This document shows positions 10,140-21,658 of a stretch of 64,000 nt of DNA, one piece after another (position 1 is the first letter of the stretch; the number at the start of each line of letters is the position of its first letter). Source of the stretch: an uncultured bacterium (GTDB lineage Bacteria; Patescibacteriota; Minisyncoccia; Phycocordibacterales; PALSA-1337); contig OY969557.1 of assembly GCA_963701025.1 (NCBI GenBank), positions 442,042 through 506,041 on the forward strand, given 5' to 3'. The notes under the pieces are model-generated. The model searched no databases, had not been told where the DNA came from, and saw nothing but the letters and a program-made list of their open reading frames with translations. Position numbers and translations under genes: made by a program.

Positions 10140-10405
10140 TGGAGCCGTTGATCGGGATTGAACCGATGACCTCGCCATTCGTTTACACCTCTCCTTACGG
10201 GAGGACTAGACTGTATCTTTCTCCGCCTATCGTGGAGACCCTTGTCAGTCGTTCGGGCGCTATGCATAGCAAGCGCCACGGTCTTATCCATCGATAATAC
10301 GTCGGACTTTAACCGTTATTCGGGATTCACATATATGTTACCAAGTATGTGGGCAGGGTCTTACGACCTACCAATGGCGTGCTCTACCAACTGAGCTACA
10401 ACGGC
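10140..10405 (-). tRNA. tRNA-Thr(GGT) interrupted by an intron; exon 1 is 10405-10370 (36 nt), exon 2 is 10179-10140 (40 nt)
   Basis: Joined exons give a canonical 76-nt cloverleaf GCCGTTG...CGCCA-TTGGT|AA-TGGCG...GGTTCAATCC...CAACGGCTCCA. Confidence 0.92.
10180..10369 (-). ncRNA. Group I self-splicing intron (190 nt, no ORF) at tRNA position 36/37
   Basis: P1 GGU|AGGUC-GUAA-GACC(C)UGCC with U·G at the splice site; P7 GACUG/CAGUC; S-like AAAGAUACAGUCUAG; P8 UCUCC/GGAGA; terminal G. Confidence 0.9.
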
Positions 10406-10470
10406 ATGATCTGGTTTAACTACCAAAACAGCTACAACGGCATTTTACTTTAAAAATAAAAGAACTTCTG

Positions 10471-10544
10471 CGCGCCCGATGGGACTCGAACCCACGACCT
10501 CTCCCGTGACAGGGGAGCGTTCTAGCCAGCTGAACTACGGGCGC
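10471..10544 (-). tRNA. tRNA-Asp(GTC)
   Basis: GCGCCCGTAGTTCAGCTGGCTAGAACG-CTCCC-CTGTCAC-GGGAG...GGTTCGAGTCC. Confidence 0.95.
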
Positions 10545-10610
10545 ATATGCGTGCGACTCCAGCGCACGGACAGCCAGTAATGTAGCAGAAACGGGACGAA
10601 AAACAAAGGG

Positions 10611-10684
10611 TGCCGAGGGTGGGACTCGAACCCACAACCTGTCGCTTATGAAACGACTGCTCCAACCGATTGAGCTACCTCGGC
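10611..10684 (-). tRNA. tRNA-Met(CAT), probably elongator
   Basis: GCCGAGG...GTCGT-TTCATAA-GCGAC...GGTTCGAGTCC; paired 1:72. Confidence 0.9.
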
Positions 10685-10791
10685 AACATTGGATACAATA
10701 AAGGAAAAACGGCCGATGCGCAATCATCATTTGCAATCAGCCTGACAAAGTGGCATACTAGGCCAATCGTTTCGTCGCTGTTTCGTCCCAT

Positions 10792-10863
10792 CGCGGGGTA
10801 GAGCAACGGTAGCTCGTCAGGCTCATAACCTGAAGATTGCCGGTTCGATTCCGGCCCCCGCAA
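10792..10863 (+). tRNA. Initiator tRNA-fMet(CAT)
   Basis: CGCGGGG start with C1:A72 mismatch, TCAGG-CTCATAA-CCTGA; upstream TTGCAA-17-CATACT promoter. Confidence 0.93.
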
Positions 10864-10879
10864 CAAGTTGTAACCACCC

Positions 10880-11539
10880 TTACTTTATATAGTAAAACTC
10901 CTCGAAGACTTTCCGGTACAGATTGACGACTCTGTTGGCTTCGTGCTGTGTCAATGGATATGCCGACCCGTCATGGGCGATGCGATTGCGGACGCCGTGC
11001 GCCTCGCCTGCCTCATCCAGAGTCTTCATGTCGCCGGGAACGACGCGCTTGAGCTTCTCGCCGATGCCTTCGCCCTGATAGCCGAGACTGGTCAGGACGT
11101 CGTCGAGCATGATATCCGCCTCGAGGATGGCCTGGCGCCAATCGTTCGGATTGGTGGAAGAGATGTGGGTCTGAACGGTCTCCCAGCGATGGGAGAGAGC
11201 GTTATTGTCCGGCGCGACCGCTTCGAAAGCCGGCTCGACTTTGACGTCGAACATCTCGGCTTCCTTCCTGCGGATATGCTTCAGCCGTTCGACGCAATAT
11301 ATGATGCCGATCAGGAAGAAGAGCGACAGAGGCAACGAGAGGCCGACGAGAAGGCCGACGAATGAGCTGAGAGCGTGGAGGGCGGAGGACTGGTCTATGT
11401 GCAGGAACGATATGAGCGGAGCGAAAGCGACCGACAGGAATTCAAGGATGCCCTGCCATAAGAATATGACGACGGCAAGGACGATGAAGAGGACGACCTC
11501 TATCTCCAGCTCTACGGTTTTTTTCTTGTCGTCATCCAT
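10880..11539 (-). CDS. Membrane protein with a C-terminal helical domain carrying an RxxxxH motif
   Basis: Two hydrophobic segments, then WRQAILEADIMLD...GEKLK...VRNRIAHD. Confidence 0.75.
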   Translation of the reverse strand: MDDDKKKTVELEIEVVLFIVLAVVIFLWQGILEFLSVAFAPLISFLHIDQSSALHALSSFVGLLVGLSLPLSLFFLIGIIYCVERLKHIRRKEAEMFDVKVEPAFEAVAPDNNALSHRWETVQTHISSTNPNDWRQAILEADIMLDDVLTSLGYQGEGIGEKLKRVVPGDMKTLDEAGEAHGVRNRIAHDGSAYPLTQHEANRVVNLYRKVFEEFYYIK

Positions 11540-11543
11540 GGCA

Positions 11544-13025
11544 TTATTCTATCTCGCCGAGGAAATCTTTGCCCGCCTCGAAAAGGGTTTTCTCATCCCC
11601 GTGCCTGGCCGTCAGCTGGAGTCCCATTGGCAGAGGCGGGTTTTTTCCTTCCTGCTTCCTGCTTCCTGCTTCCTGTCCCATCGGCACTGATATCGCCGGC
11701 ATGCCAGTCAGGTTGGCGGTCACGGTGAATATGTCCTCGAGATACATGGCCATAGGATCGCTCGCTTTCTCGCCGATCTTGAAAGCCGGAGAAGGCGCCG
11801 TCGGCGTGAGGATGAGGTCGGCTCCTCCGCCAGCCGGATCGAACGCTTCTATGAAATCATCCGTGATCATCCGGCGCACTGCATTGGCCCGGTTGTAATA
11901 TGCGTCGTAATATCCGGACGAGAGGACGTAGGTTCCGAGAAGGATGCGCCTGATGACTTCCCTGCCGAAGCCCGCCCTCCGGCTCTTGAAATAATCGTCT
12001 ATGCCGTCTTTGCCGTCCACGTGCAGGCCGTATCTCATGCCGTCGTAGCGGGCCATGTTGGAGGAGACTTCGGCGAAGTTAAGGATATAGTAGACCGGCA
12101 GGGCGTATCCGTTGGCCGGCAATTCTATGTCTTTGATCTCATAGCCGAGGCTTTTGAATCTTTCTTCGGCCGCTTCAAAAGATTCTTTTACGCGTGCGTC
12201 TATGCCGCCCATAGCCAAAAAAGCTCGCGGGATCCCAATGATTGGTTTTTTTTCTCCTTTCTCCTTTCTACTTTCTACTTTCTCTTTTATAGTCGTGCCG
12301 TCGTGGGCGTCTTTGCCTCGGATAGCATTGAAAATTATCTCGGCGTCTCCCACTGTCTTGGCTATCGGACCGATCTGATCAAAAGAGGAAACCGCGGCCA
12401 TAAGCCCGTACCGGGAAACGGCTCCGTACGTCGGTTTCAATCCGACGACTCCGCAGAAGCTCGACGGCTGTCTGATAGAACCGCCCGTGTCCGATCCGAG
12501 AGCGGCCAAAGCCATGCCCGAAGCGACTGCCGCAGCCGAGCCGCCGGAAGTGCCTCCGGGCACCCGTGAAAGATCATGCGGATTCTTGGTCGGCCCGTAG
12601 GCGGAATTTTCCGTGGAGCCGCCCATGGCGAATTCGTCCATGTTGGTCCGGCCGAGGAACACCGCTCCTTCCCTGCCGAGTTTGGCGATGACGGTGGCAT
12701 TGTATGTCGCTTGGTATTTCTCCAGGATCTTGGAAGCCGAGCTCGCGATCTTGCCCTGTATCAGGATATTATCCTTGATAGCCAATGGGATGCCGCACAA
12801 TGCCGGTATCGGCTGGTTATTTTTCTTGCACTTGGCGATCATGGCGTCGGCTTTTTTCGCGGCTTCGATCGCGTCATCGAAGACTTCCAGGTAGGCGTGG
12901 ATGTCTTTATTTTTTGCGGCAATTTGGTCCAGATACGCTTGCGTCAATTCGACCGCCGTAAAGTCGTCATCGACAAGATGTTCGTGGGCTTTTTTGATGG
13001 TGAAGGTGGTGATGTCTATCTTCAT
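11544..13025 (-). CDS. gatA: Asp/Glu-tRNA amidotransferase subunit A
   Basis: Amidase signature GGTSGGSAAAV, GSDTGGSIRQP, RRILLGTYVLSSGYYDAYY. Confidence 0.97.
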   Translation of the reverse strand: MKIDITTFTIKKAHEHLVDDDFTAVELTQAYLDQIAAKNKDIHAYLEVFDDAIEAAKKADAMIAKCKKNNQPIPALCGIPLAIKDNILIQGKIASSASKILEKYQATYNATVIAKLGREGAVFLGRTNMDEFAMGGSTENSAYGPTKNPHDLSRVPGGTSGGSAAAVASGMALAALGSDTGGSIRQPSSFCGVVGLKPTYGAVSRYGLMAAVSSFDQIGPIAKTVGDAEIIFNAIRGKDAHDGTTIKEKVESRKEKGEKKPIIGIPRAFLAMGGIDARVKESFEAAEERFKSLGYEIKDIELPANGYALPVYYILNFAEVSSNMARYDGMRYGLHVDGKDGIDDYFKSRRAGFGREVIRRILLGTYVLSSGYYDAYYNRANAVRRMITDDFIEAFDPAGGGADLILTPTAPSPAFKIGEKASDPMAMYLEDIFTVTANLTGMPAISVPMGQEAGSRKQEGKNPPLPMGLQLTARHGDEKTLFEAGKDFLGEIE

Positions 13026-13085
13026 GGTATTCGAAAGTGTCAACTTTTTTGACGGTTTTCAATAGTAGTCCTAGCAGTCCATCTC

Positions 13086-13379
13086 TCACTCTTGCGCGAT
13101 GATCTTCTTGACGGCGATAAAATCGCCCTCCCTGTCAGGCGCTTCGTCCAATAACCGCTCTCGGTCTTCAGCCGAAATCGACTCGACCTTGTCTTCACGA
13201 AAAACGTTCTTGACTGCTCCGACTCGGCCTTCGGCGTCCATTTTTACATCGGCTTTTTTGAGCTGGTCTATATAGCCTAGAATGGAGTCGAACTCCTTGA
13301 TCAGCGATATCTTGTCATCGACGGAAAGCTCGACGCGCGCCAATGTCGCCAGATTATCGAGTTCTTTCGGAGTGATCAT
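13086..13379 (-). CDS. gatC: Asp/Glu-tRNA amidotransferase subunit C
   Basis: LATLARV...ILGYIDQL...NVFRED; directly upstream of gatA. Confidence 0.93.
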   Translation of the reverse strand: MITPKELDNLATLARVELSVDDKISLIKEFDSILGYIDQLKKADVKMDAEGRVGAVKNVFREDKVESISAEDRERLLDEAPDREGDFIAVKKIIAQE

Positions 13380-13410
13380 GATGCGATTTTAACACTAAAA
13401 AAGGGGTGTC

Positions 13411-15537
<2,127 letters not shown>

Positions 15538-15581
15538 CTAAGTATAGGGTATGAGGGGTGAAGTATAAAGATGTCGAGATC

Positions 15582-16121
15582 CTAGAGATAATCAAGACGG
15601 AGTGCGCGTTCCACGGTACGAGGGCTTGTGGAGTTCGGGGTATACGATCCGGCTGAACCGACGCAGAGATTGTAGCCGCGGGAGACAACGATGGCGTGCC
15701 AGCCTCCGCCTGTCTCTTGGTAGGTATCTATCTTTATCACCGCGCAACCAGTGAGCGAATTAGAATAACCCTGTGGATAAAAGCCTATGCTGAAGTTTGC
15801 TTCCGATATCGGTGCGCCGCTTGCCTGGTCGGGGAATGGCGTCGAGATGGGAGGATTGGGATTTCCATATGAGATCGACGGAATCTGGGTATTGCAATTG
15901 ATCGCGGTCGGAGCGGTAGACGAAGGGACCCCGCTTGCCGCCACGCATTCGATGCCGGAGTCAGCTGCATAAAAGGCATACATCGAATCCAATGCCGTGG
16001 ATGAGAGGATGTATTGCTTGCGCGCTATGCCCGAGATGAAAACCGCCACGCCGAGGATGAGCACGGAGACCAGTACGGCGAAGAGAAGGGTGTAACCTGA
16101 TTTTTTTCCTGGTATAGACAT
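15582..16121 (-). CDS. PilX-like minor pilin
   Basis: SG|YTLLFAVLV hydrophobic N-terminus without E5; AFYAADSGIEC. Confidence 0.8.
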   Translation of the reverse strand: MSIPGKKSGYTLLFAVLVSVLILGVAVFISGIARKQYILSSTALDSMYAFYAADSGIECVAASGVPSSTAPTAINCNTQIPSISYGNPNPPISTPFPDQASGAPISEANFSIGFYPQGYSNSLTGCAVIKIDTYQETGGGWHAIVVSRGYNLCVGSAGSYTPNSTSPRTVERALRLDYL

Positions 16122-16122
16122 G

Positions 16123-16692
16123 TTATGGAGCGACGTTAAGGAGCTCGCTCGACAAGGTCACGGCATTTTGGACCGTGCCTTCGTACCAGGACACGACGAC
16201 GGTGGCTTGACATTCGGATCCGCCGACACTGCAACTATTCGTGGTTGGAGAGGTCAGAGAGAAGCTCCGTGAGAATATCGTCTTGACCCCATTGGAGATA
16301 TGATCGTATCCGTTAGACCCGCTGTACAAGGGGCACCCTCCGTTATTGCATGAATAATCGAAGCTCGGCTGCAATGACGGCCCCGATGTATTGATGCTCA
16401 CGTCGCAGTGGGCATTAGCTGGTGAAGACACGATGCAATCTGAAAGACCCCCGGATGAACCGAGCCAGTTCGGCGTACCACCGTTATTATCTTTGAGATT
16501 CTTGATGATCTCCATCTCTTCCTGGGCCAGAAATGAAGCAGTAGACTGATCTTTGGCATAGAGAGAAGCAGTCAGGGCTTTGTTGGCTACGGCAAGCGGC
16601 CCGGAGACAGAGATCATGAGGATAGCGATGGCCACCAAGGTCTCTACCAAGGTAAATGCTCTGAAATCTTTGATGGAAAATCGTGTGTGCAT
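16123..16692 (-). CDS. Type IV minor pilin (PilV-like)
   Basis: A|FTLVETLVAIAIL prepilin motif; ASFLAQEEMEIIKN. Confidence 0.88.
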   Translation of the reverse strand: MHTRFSIKDFRAFTLVETLVAIAILMISVSGPLAVANKALTASLYAKDQSTASFLAQEEMEIIKNLKDNNGGTPNWLGSSGGLSDCIVSSPANAHCDVSINTSGPSLQPSFDYSCNNGGCPLYSGSNGYDHISNGVKTIFSRSFSLTSPTTNSCSVGGSECQATVVVSWYEGTVQNAVTLSSELLNVAP

Positions 16693-16696
16693 ATTA

Positions 16697-17308
16697 TTAT
16701 TGTACGCTACGCGACGATACGGCCGTCTCTATGTCGACATATGTCTTGTCTTGGGCGCGCTGTCCGGCGTAGCCGGTGAGTCGTATGAAAGCGAGCGGGT
16801 AGCTCGAGGGAACGGGATAGAACAGGCCAAGCTCGTACCCGGTAATACTCATGTCTGATGCAGATATCAAATCCGTGAGACTATAACCAGAACTATCACA
16901 CGACGTTTGTTCTGCTTTTTGAAGGTGTATGACGCCTCCGGTATCCGTAAAGAAGCCATAGGCATTGATAAGATTGTGGTCACACGAAGTATTATTAGGA
17001 TCGACGCGGGTAGAATTGAAAGCGATGAACCGGCCCTGTCCTATAGCGCAAGCAGAAGGAGTGAGACCAAGAGATCCGGGCATCTGACCGGGAATCGAAG
17101 TTGAGCACTCGATATCCGTCCCGGTTCGGATATCACGCGACATGGACTCGAGGGCGAAGTTAAGGTTCGTGACAGATGACTGGATGCTCTGGGCTTTCTT
17201 ATTGGCGTCAATGACTTTGAGGAGAGCGCCGATGGCGATGACCGCCACGACGGAAAAGATGGCGAGTGAGACGATCATTTCGACGAGAGTAAAGCCGCGA
17301 GTGTTCAT
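16697..17308 (-). CDS. Type IV minor pilin (PilW-like)
   Basis: G|FTLVEMIVSLAIF; LESMSRDIR. Confidence 0.88.
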   Translation of the reverse strand: MNTRGFTLVEMIVSLAIFSVVAVIAIGALLKVIDANKKAQSIQSSVTNLNFALESMSRDIRTGTDIECSTSIPGQMPGSLGLTPSACAIGQGRFIAFNSTRVDPNNTSCDHNLINAYGFFTDTGGVIHLQKAEQTSCDSSGYSLTDLISASDMSITGYELGLFYPVPSSYPLAFIRLTGYAGQRAQDKTYVDIETAVSSRSVQ

Positions 17309-17323
17309 TGAATGTATTATATC

Positions 17324-17941
17324 TTACTCCTGAACCGACACTTGGCCGGTATTTCTGATGATGACCTGGCGGGTACTGCCATCAGTGCCTTTGATGGTGA
17401 TCTGGGCGTAGGCATATGGACATGGAGTCCCTATGCCATTGATGCAAATGACTGCGTCCGGATTGGGGCGCTTGAAAGTTATGTCGACAACGTTCGGAGA
17501 TGCTTTGAGAGTCCCCGTATTGCAATCGGATCCATCCGAGACGCACATCGCGCTTATGATCGCCCCGCGAGTGATCGTATATGCGCTCACCAAGGAGTCT
17601 TTTCCCGCCCCGCTTTCATAAGCCCCATCGGGGCTACCGCTCCATGGCAGCGTTGCCGGTCCATAAGTATCGGCGAACAAAGTCAGTATATTTGCAGGAG
17701 CCGCGGTCGAGAAGTCGACACCGTAGGCATAATTGAAAGGCGTCGTTCCGACATTGGAGCTCTGCACGCTCAAGCCGTAGGTCTGGGCCGTGCGGATGGT
17801 GATAGCCGTATCGTAGGCCAGGTCGGTGAGGAGAACGCTCTGGTTGAACGTGCCGTATTTGGCAACGAGGAGCGAAGTCATCATGGCGAAGATGGCGACG
17901 CAGACGACCAGTTCGATGAGGGTAAAACCGCGCGTGTTCAT
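17324..17941 (-). CDS. Type IV minor pilin (FimT/GspH-like)
   Basis: G|FTLIELVVCVAIF; IRTAQTYG; C-terminal TGQV. Confidence 0.88.
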   Translation of the reverse strand: MNTRGFTLIELVVCVAIFAMMTSLLVAKYGTFNQSVLLTDLAYDTAITIRTAQTYGLSVQSSNVGTTPFNYAYGVDFSTAAPANILTLFADTYGPATLPWSGSPDGAYESGAGKDSLVSAYTITRGAIISAMCVSDGSDCNTGTLKASPNVVDITFKRPNPDAVICINGIGTPCPYAYAQITIKGTDGSTRQVIIRNTGQVSVQE

Positions 17942-17954
17942 CGCTATCATTATA

Positions 17955-18758
17955 CTACATATATGAAAGGATAAGGTCCTTCAAGAGGTGCGTATCGATG
18001 ACCTGTATATGGAATAAGAGTACGATATAGAAACCGAGGATGAGGTACGGGCCGAACGGCACTTCCGTCTTTGGCTTGAATCTTTTATACGTCACGAGGA
18101 GCCAGACGACGGAGACGACCGCAGCTATCCAGAAGGCGAGGACGATGGCGTTCACGCCGGAACCAAGGCCGAGCATCCAGCCGAGGCCGAGAACTAGTTT
18201 GGCATCGCCGAGGCCCATCCATGTCCCCTTCGAGATAGCCCACAGAAGGGCGAACGGCAGAGCCAGGATGGGACCGGCGAGGATGGCAGAAAGACCCGGC
18301 ACATGCCACCACGATGAGCCGCCGATGAATATGCTGATAAGTGCGATGGCATCAAAAGCGTAGACGAGGACGTCGGGGATGATCTTGTGCTTGATGTCAT
18401 AGACGGAAATGACCAGGAGCAGGCAGGCGGCGATGGTCTGGATGAGGGTGACGAAAGCGGTCAAAGAGCTGAAGGGTGGAAAGGTCAAAAATATGAGAAC
18501 AAAGATCGCGCCGGCGATGAATTCGACCAGCGGATATTGCCAGGATATCTTGCTTTTGCACTTCTTGCATCCGCCTTTCTGGACAACGAAGCTGAATATG
18601 GGCACGAGCTCTTTCCAGGTCAGAGTCTTTCCGCAGGACATGCACATCGATCGCCCGTTGAGGCCGACGCCGGTGTTCCAGCGCAGGGCGACGACATTGA
18701 GGAAGCTGCCGACGATGGCGCCGAATATGAAGGAGAAGACGAGCGAGAGAGGGTCCAT
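17955..18758 (-). CDS. pilD: Prepilin peptidase
   Basis: GSFLNVV, CxxC pairs, YDIKH, MGLGDAKL, PFGPYL. Confidence 0.95.
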   Translation of the reverse strand: MDPLSLVFSFIFGAIVGSFLNVVALRWNTGVGLNGRSMCMSCGKTLTWKELVPIFSFVVQKGGCKKCKSKISWQYPLVEFIAGAIFVLIFLTFPPFSSLTAFVTLIQTIAACLLLVISVYDIKHKIIPDVLVYAFDAIALISIFIGGSSWWHVPGLSAILAGPILALPFALLWAISKGTWMGLGDAKLVLGLGWMLGLGSGVNAIVLAFWIAAVVSVVWLLVTYKRFKPKTEVPFGPYLILGFYIVLLFHIQVIDTHLLKDLILSYM

Positions 18759-18771
18759 GAAGGCCGAAGTC

Positions 18772-19299
<528 letters not shown>

Positions 19300-19559
19300 G
19301 CCTGAATTATAGCAGACAGGGGCGCGCGAGCGCCATATGCTGATCTTTGCCATATTTTGCCACATTCCGAACATTTCAAGGTCAAATCTTCATCGTTTCT
19401 TGAGCGGAATTTCATCAGTTCTTTATCGTCTCTGAGACAGGAGGTAAAGGCCAAAAAGAAGTTGGCGGGGTCAGTAAAGTAAGCCTGCTCAATATCCCCC
19501 ATACGCAACCCCGCCCGACCGGTCGAGGTGAGCGGGGGATATTACAAGTAAAACAATTC

Positions 19560-19820
19560 GTGTATAGTTTCTTAAGGAATACAGGAGGACACCGAACGGA
19601 CTATCGATATTCATCATAATGGAACCCGGAGTAGATTTCTTCCGGCGCGAAGAGCCGAAGATCTCATTCAAGCTTCTTCCGTTTCTTCCTTAACATTGCG
19701 CAAAAGCCTCTCAAAGGTATTGCCCTGGGTAAAAATGTTGAATGCTTCATTGGCGGCCACGTAATAACCGACTTCGCCTTTGAAGACTAGGAAAGTGACG
19801 ATTTTATTGCTTATTTTCAT
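19560..19820 (-). pseudogene. HicB-like antitoxin, frameshifted near 19670 (3' end approximate)
   Basis: Manual translation MKISNKIVTFLVFKGEVGYYVAANEAFNIFTQGNTFERLLRNVKEE matches the HicB N-terminal pattern (GyyvA...ifTQG.t.eell.n+kE). Confidence 0.7.
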
Positions 19821-20014
19821 GGCTCCAATATAGCACAGAGTCGGACTTTCGGCACGCGTTTTGCGAGTACCGATTCATATTTGGTAATGTCCCTACGCAA
19901 ACCCGCCCACCGGAGGGGCGGGCGGGAATCTTAGGCGTTTTTTTATCGAAACTTCATCGTTTCTTGAGTGCTTTTTGAGCGTTTCTTTATCTCGGCCATA
20001 TAAGATGTGGGTGT

Positions 20015-20361
20015 ATGAAGAAATTCATCAAAAGATTCTCAAAATGGATGCTGATTGCCGAACGATTAGACGACAGCGAGCATGTGCCGCCGCTTTTCAA
20101 GGAAAGCGATATTTGGTGGTGCCATTTAGGCGATAATATAGGCACTGAAATAAGCGGCAAGGGAGATATGTTCGACCGACAGTCTTCCTGGCCCAAGTTA
20201 AGTATATGGATTATAGAAGGATGGACAATCTCATGACATCAATCAGTGATGCGGAAATGACGATGGTGCGTGAAAATTTCATAAGGCTTTTCTCCATAAA
20301 CATTCCTCGCCCGCCTTCCGGAGAAGAACGGGCGGACGTGGGGAATCCCCAAAACATATAG
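20015..20361 (+). pseudogene. PemK/MazF-family toxin remnant with an internal deletion
   Basis: N-part FKESDIWWCHLGDNIGTEISGKG..FDR is joined out of frame to C-part VFLAQVKYMDYRRM...VRENFIRLF; the central PVLI..PLT segment is missing. Confidence 0.75.
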
Positions 20362-21098
20362 GCATTGTGATCCAAGCAATAGTTTTTTGTCAACTATCTG
20401 TCTCAAACCATTTTCTCCCCACGCAAACCCGCCCACCGGATTGGTTGCACCATCAACATGACTGTGGTATTACATGAGGCATAAAATTCCTATCGAGACT
20501 TAGCATAAACTTAAAGACGTGACATTCATTTTCGCTTCTTTATTCGACCTGATAATGTAACTTGTTGTAAAAGGGATTGCGGTAGATAATCTATTTCAAA
20601 CCGGAATTAATTAACTCATTGGATTGGATCAAAAAGGTCTAATGCTATGCCTGAAAGCAGACGTTACGTCACCGATAGTATTTATCAACACGATAGGTGT
20701 GCTTGGCATGAAAGAGACGAAAAAGGAAGTAAGGATGGTCTAAATTTATTGCTTTCTTCATGGGCAATATGAATCACCTGCTTATGTATATATGTTACCC
20801 TAGCCCTCATATATTATTACCAGACATATGTGTTTCAAATATCTTTGCTCGTTGATCTTCTCCTGTTCATTTCAATCGAGATCGTCTGCTTTGCTTGTAG
20901 CGTATAGCCAAGAGAGAGAATACAAGAAGGGAATCGCAAAAGTAGAAAAGAAACCGGTCTAAAGATATATCCCCACACAAACCCGCCCACCGGAGAGGCG
21001 GGCGGGTAGAGAACAAGGCTACTTGCTACTATACTAGTAAACTCCATTGTTCGCGGGACAAGTAGCACTGGCGCGAGTGAAAGTACCATTAGTTCCGG

Positions 21099-21548
21099 TC
21101 AGATAGTAGCAGTATTTCCTGTAGAGTCTACACAGTAACCACCATTATTCGGAAAAGACACTTCTATAGAATAAGCCGTGCAGAGAAGACCGCTAGCGTT
21201 ACAGCCAGAGTCATATACCTTCAAGTATCCTGATTGAGTAGTAATGTCGGTTTTTAATGTCCCGAGAGTCGGAGTAGTACCTACCCAATTACCAACACTA
21301 TAATCGTCGACTGCGGCGGCGGCGTTACCAGTTGCGTGAAGATCGGAATAACTACTCGTATAATCAGTTTCCAATTGTGTCCTAATATTCGCCGCGTCTT
21401 CCTGAATGCGAGTTGCAACACCTTTACCCCTAGCGCTATTCAAGCTCACCAACACGACGGATGACAAGATACCGATGATGGCGATGACGACGAGCAATTC
21501 AATGAGGGTGAAGCCTCGGCCACCGGCGAATTTTGTATACCTTTTCAT
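21099..21548 (-). CDS. Type IV pilin (candidate major pilin)
   Basis: G|FTLIELLVVIAIIGILSSVVLVSLNSAR; C-terminal YCVDSTG; AT-rich variable part. Confidence 0.93.
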   Translation of the reverse strand: MKRYTKFAGGRGFTLIELLVVIAIIGILSSVVLVSLNSARGKGVATRIQEDAANIRTQLETDYTSSYSDLHATGNAAAAVDDYSVGNWVGTTPTLGTLKTDITTQSGYLKVYDSGCNASGLLCTAYSIEVSFPNNGGYCVDSTGNTATI

Positions 21549-21658
21549 GTATTATTGATTAAAATTACTAATAACTTATTAATAAACAGACCCTTTACGG
21601 TTGTTATTATCAATTATAGCACGCGTCAAAGTCGCAAAAGCGCTCCTGTGGATAACGA

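Larger units (their letters stand above)
19496..21006. repeat. Four copies of a ~36-bp hairpin repeat CCCxACGCAAACCCGCCCACCGGAGxGGCGGGCGGG (19496-19538 diverged, 19891-19926, 20417-20440 half, 20971-21006)
   Basis: Direct comparison; terminator-like on the minus strand (hairpin followed by TTTG). Confidence 0.85.

Noticed and set aside
10088-10291. 68-aa N-terminal extension of the HNH ORF, suggesting an intron-encoded endonuclease
   Set aside because: The extension is read through the intron core and tRNA exon 2; the HNH domain lies wholly outside the intron, so the likely start is 10087.
19496-21006. CRISPR array
   Set aside because: The repeats are 400-550 bp apart with gene remnants between them, and there are no cas genes in the window.
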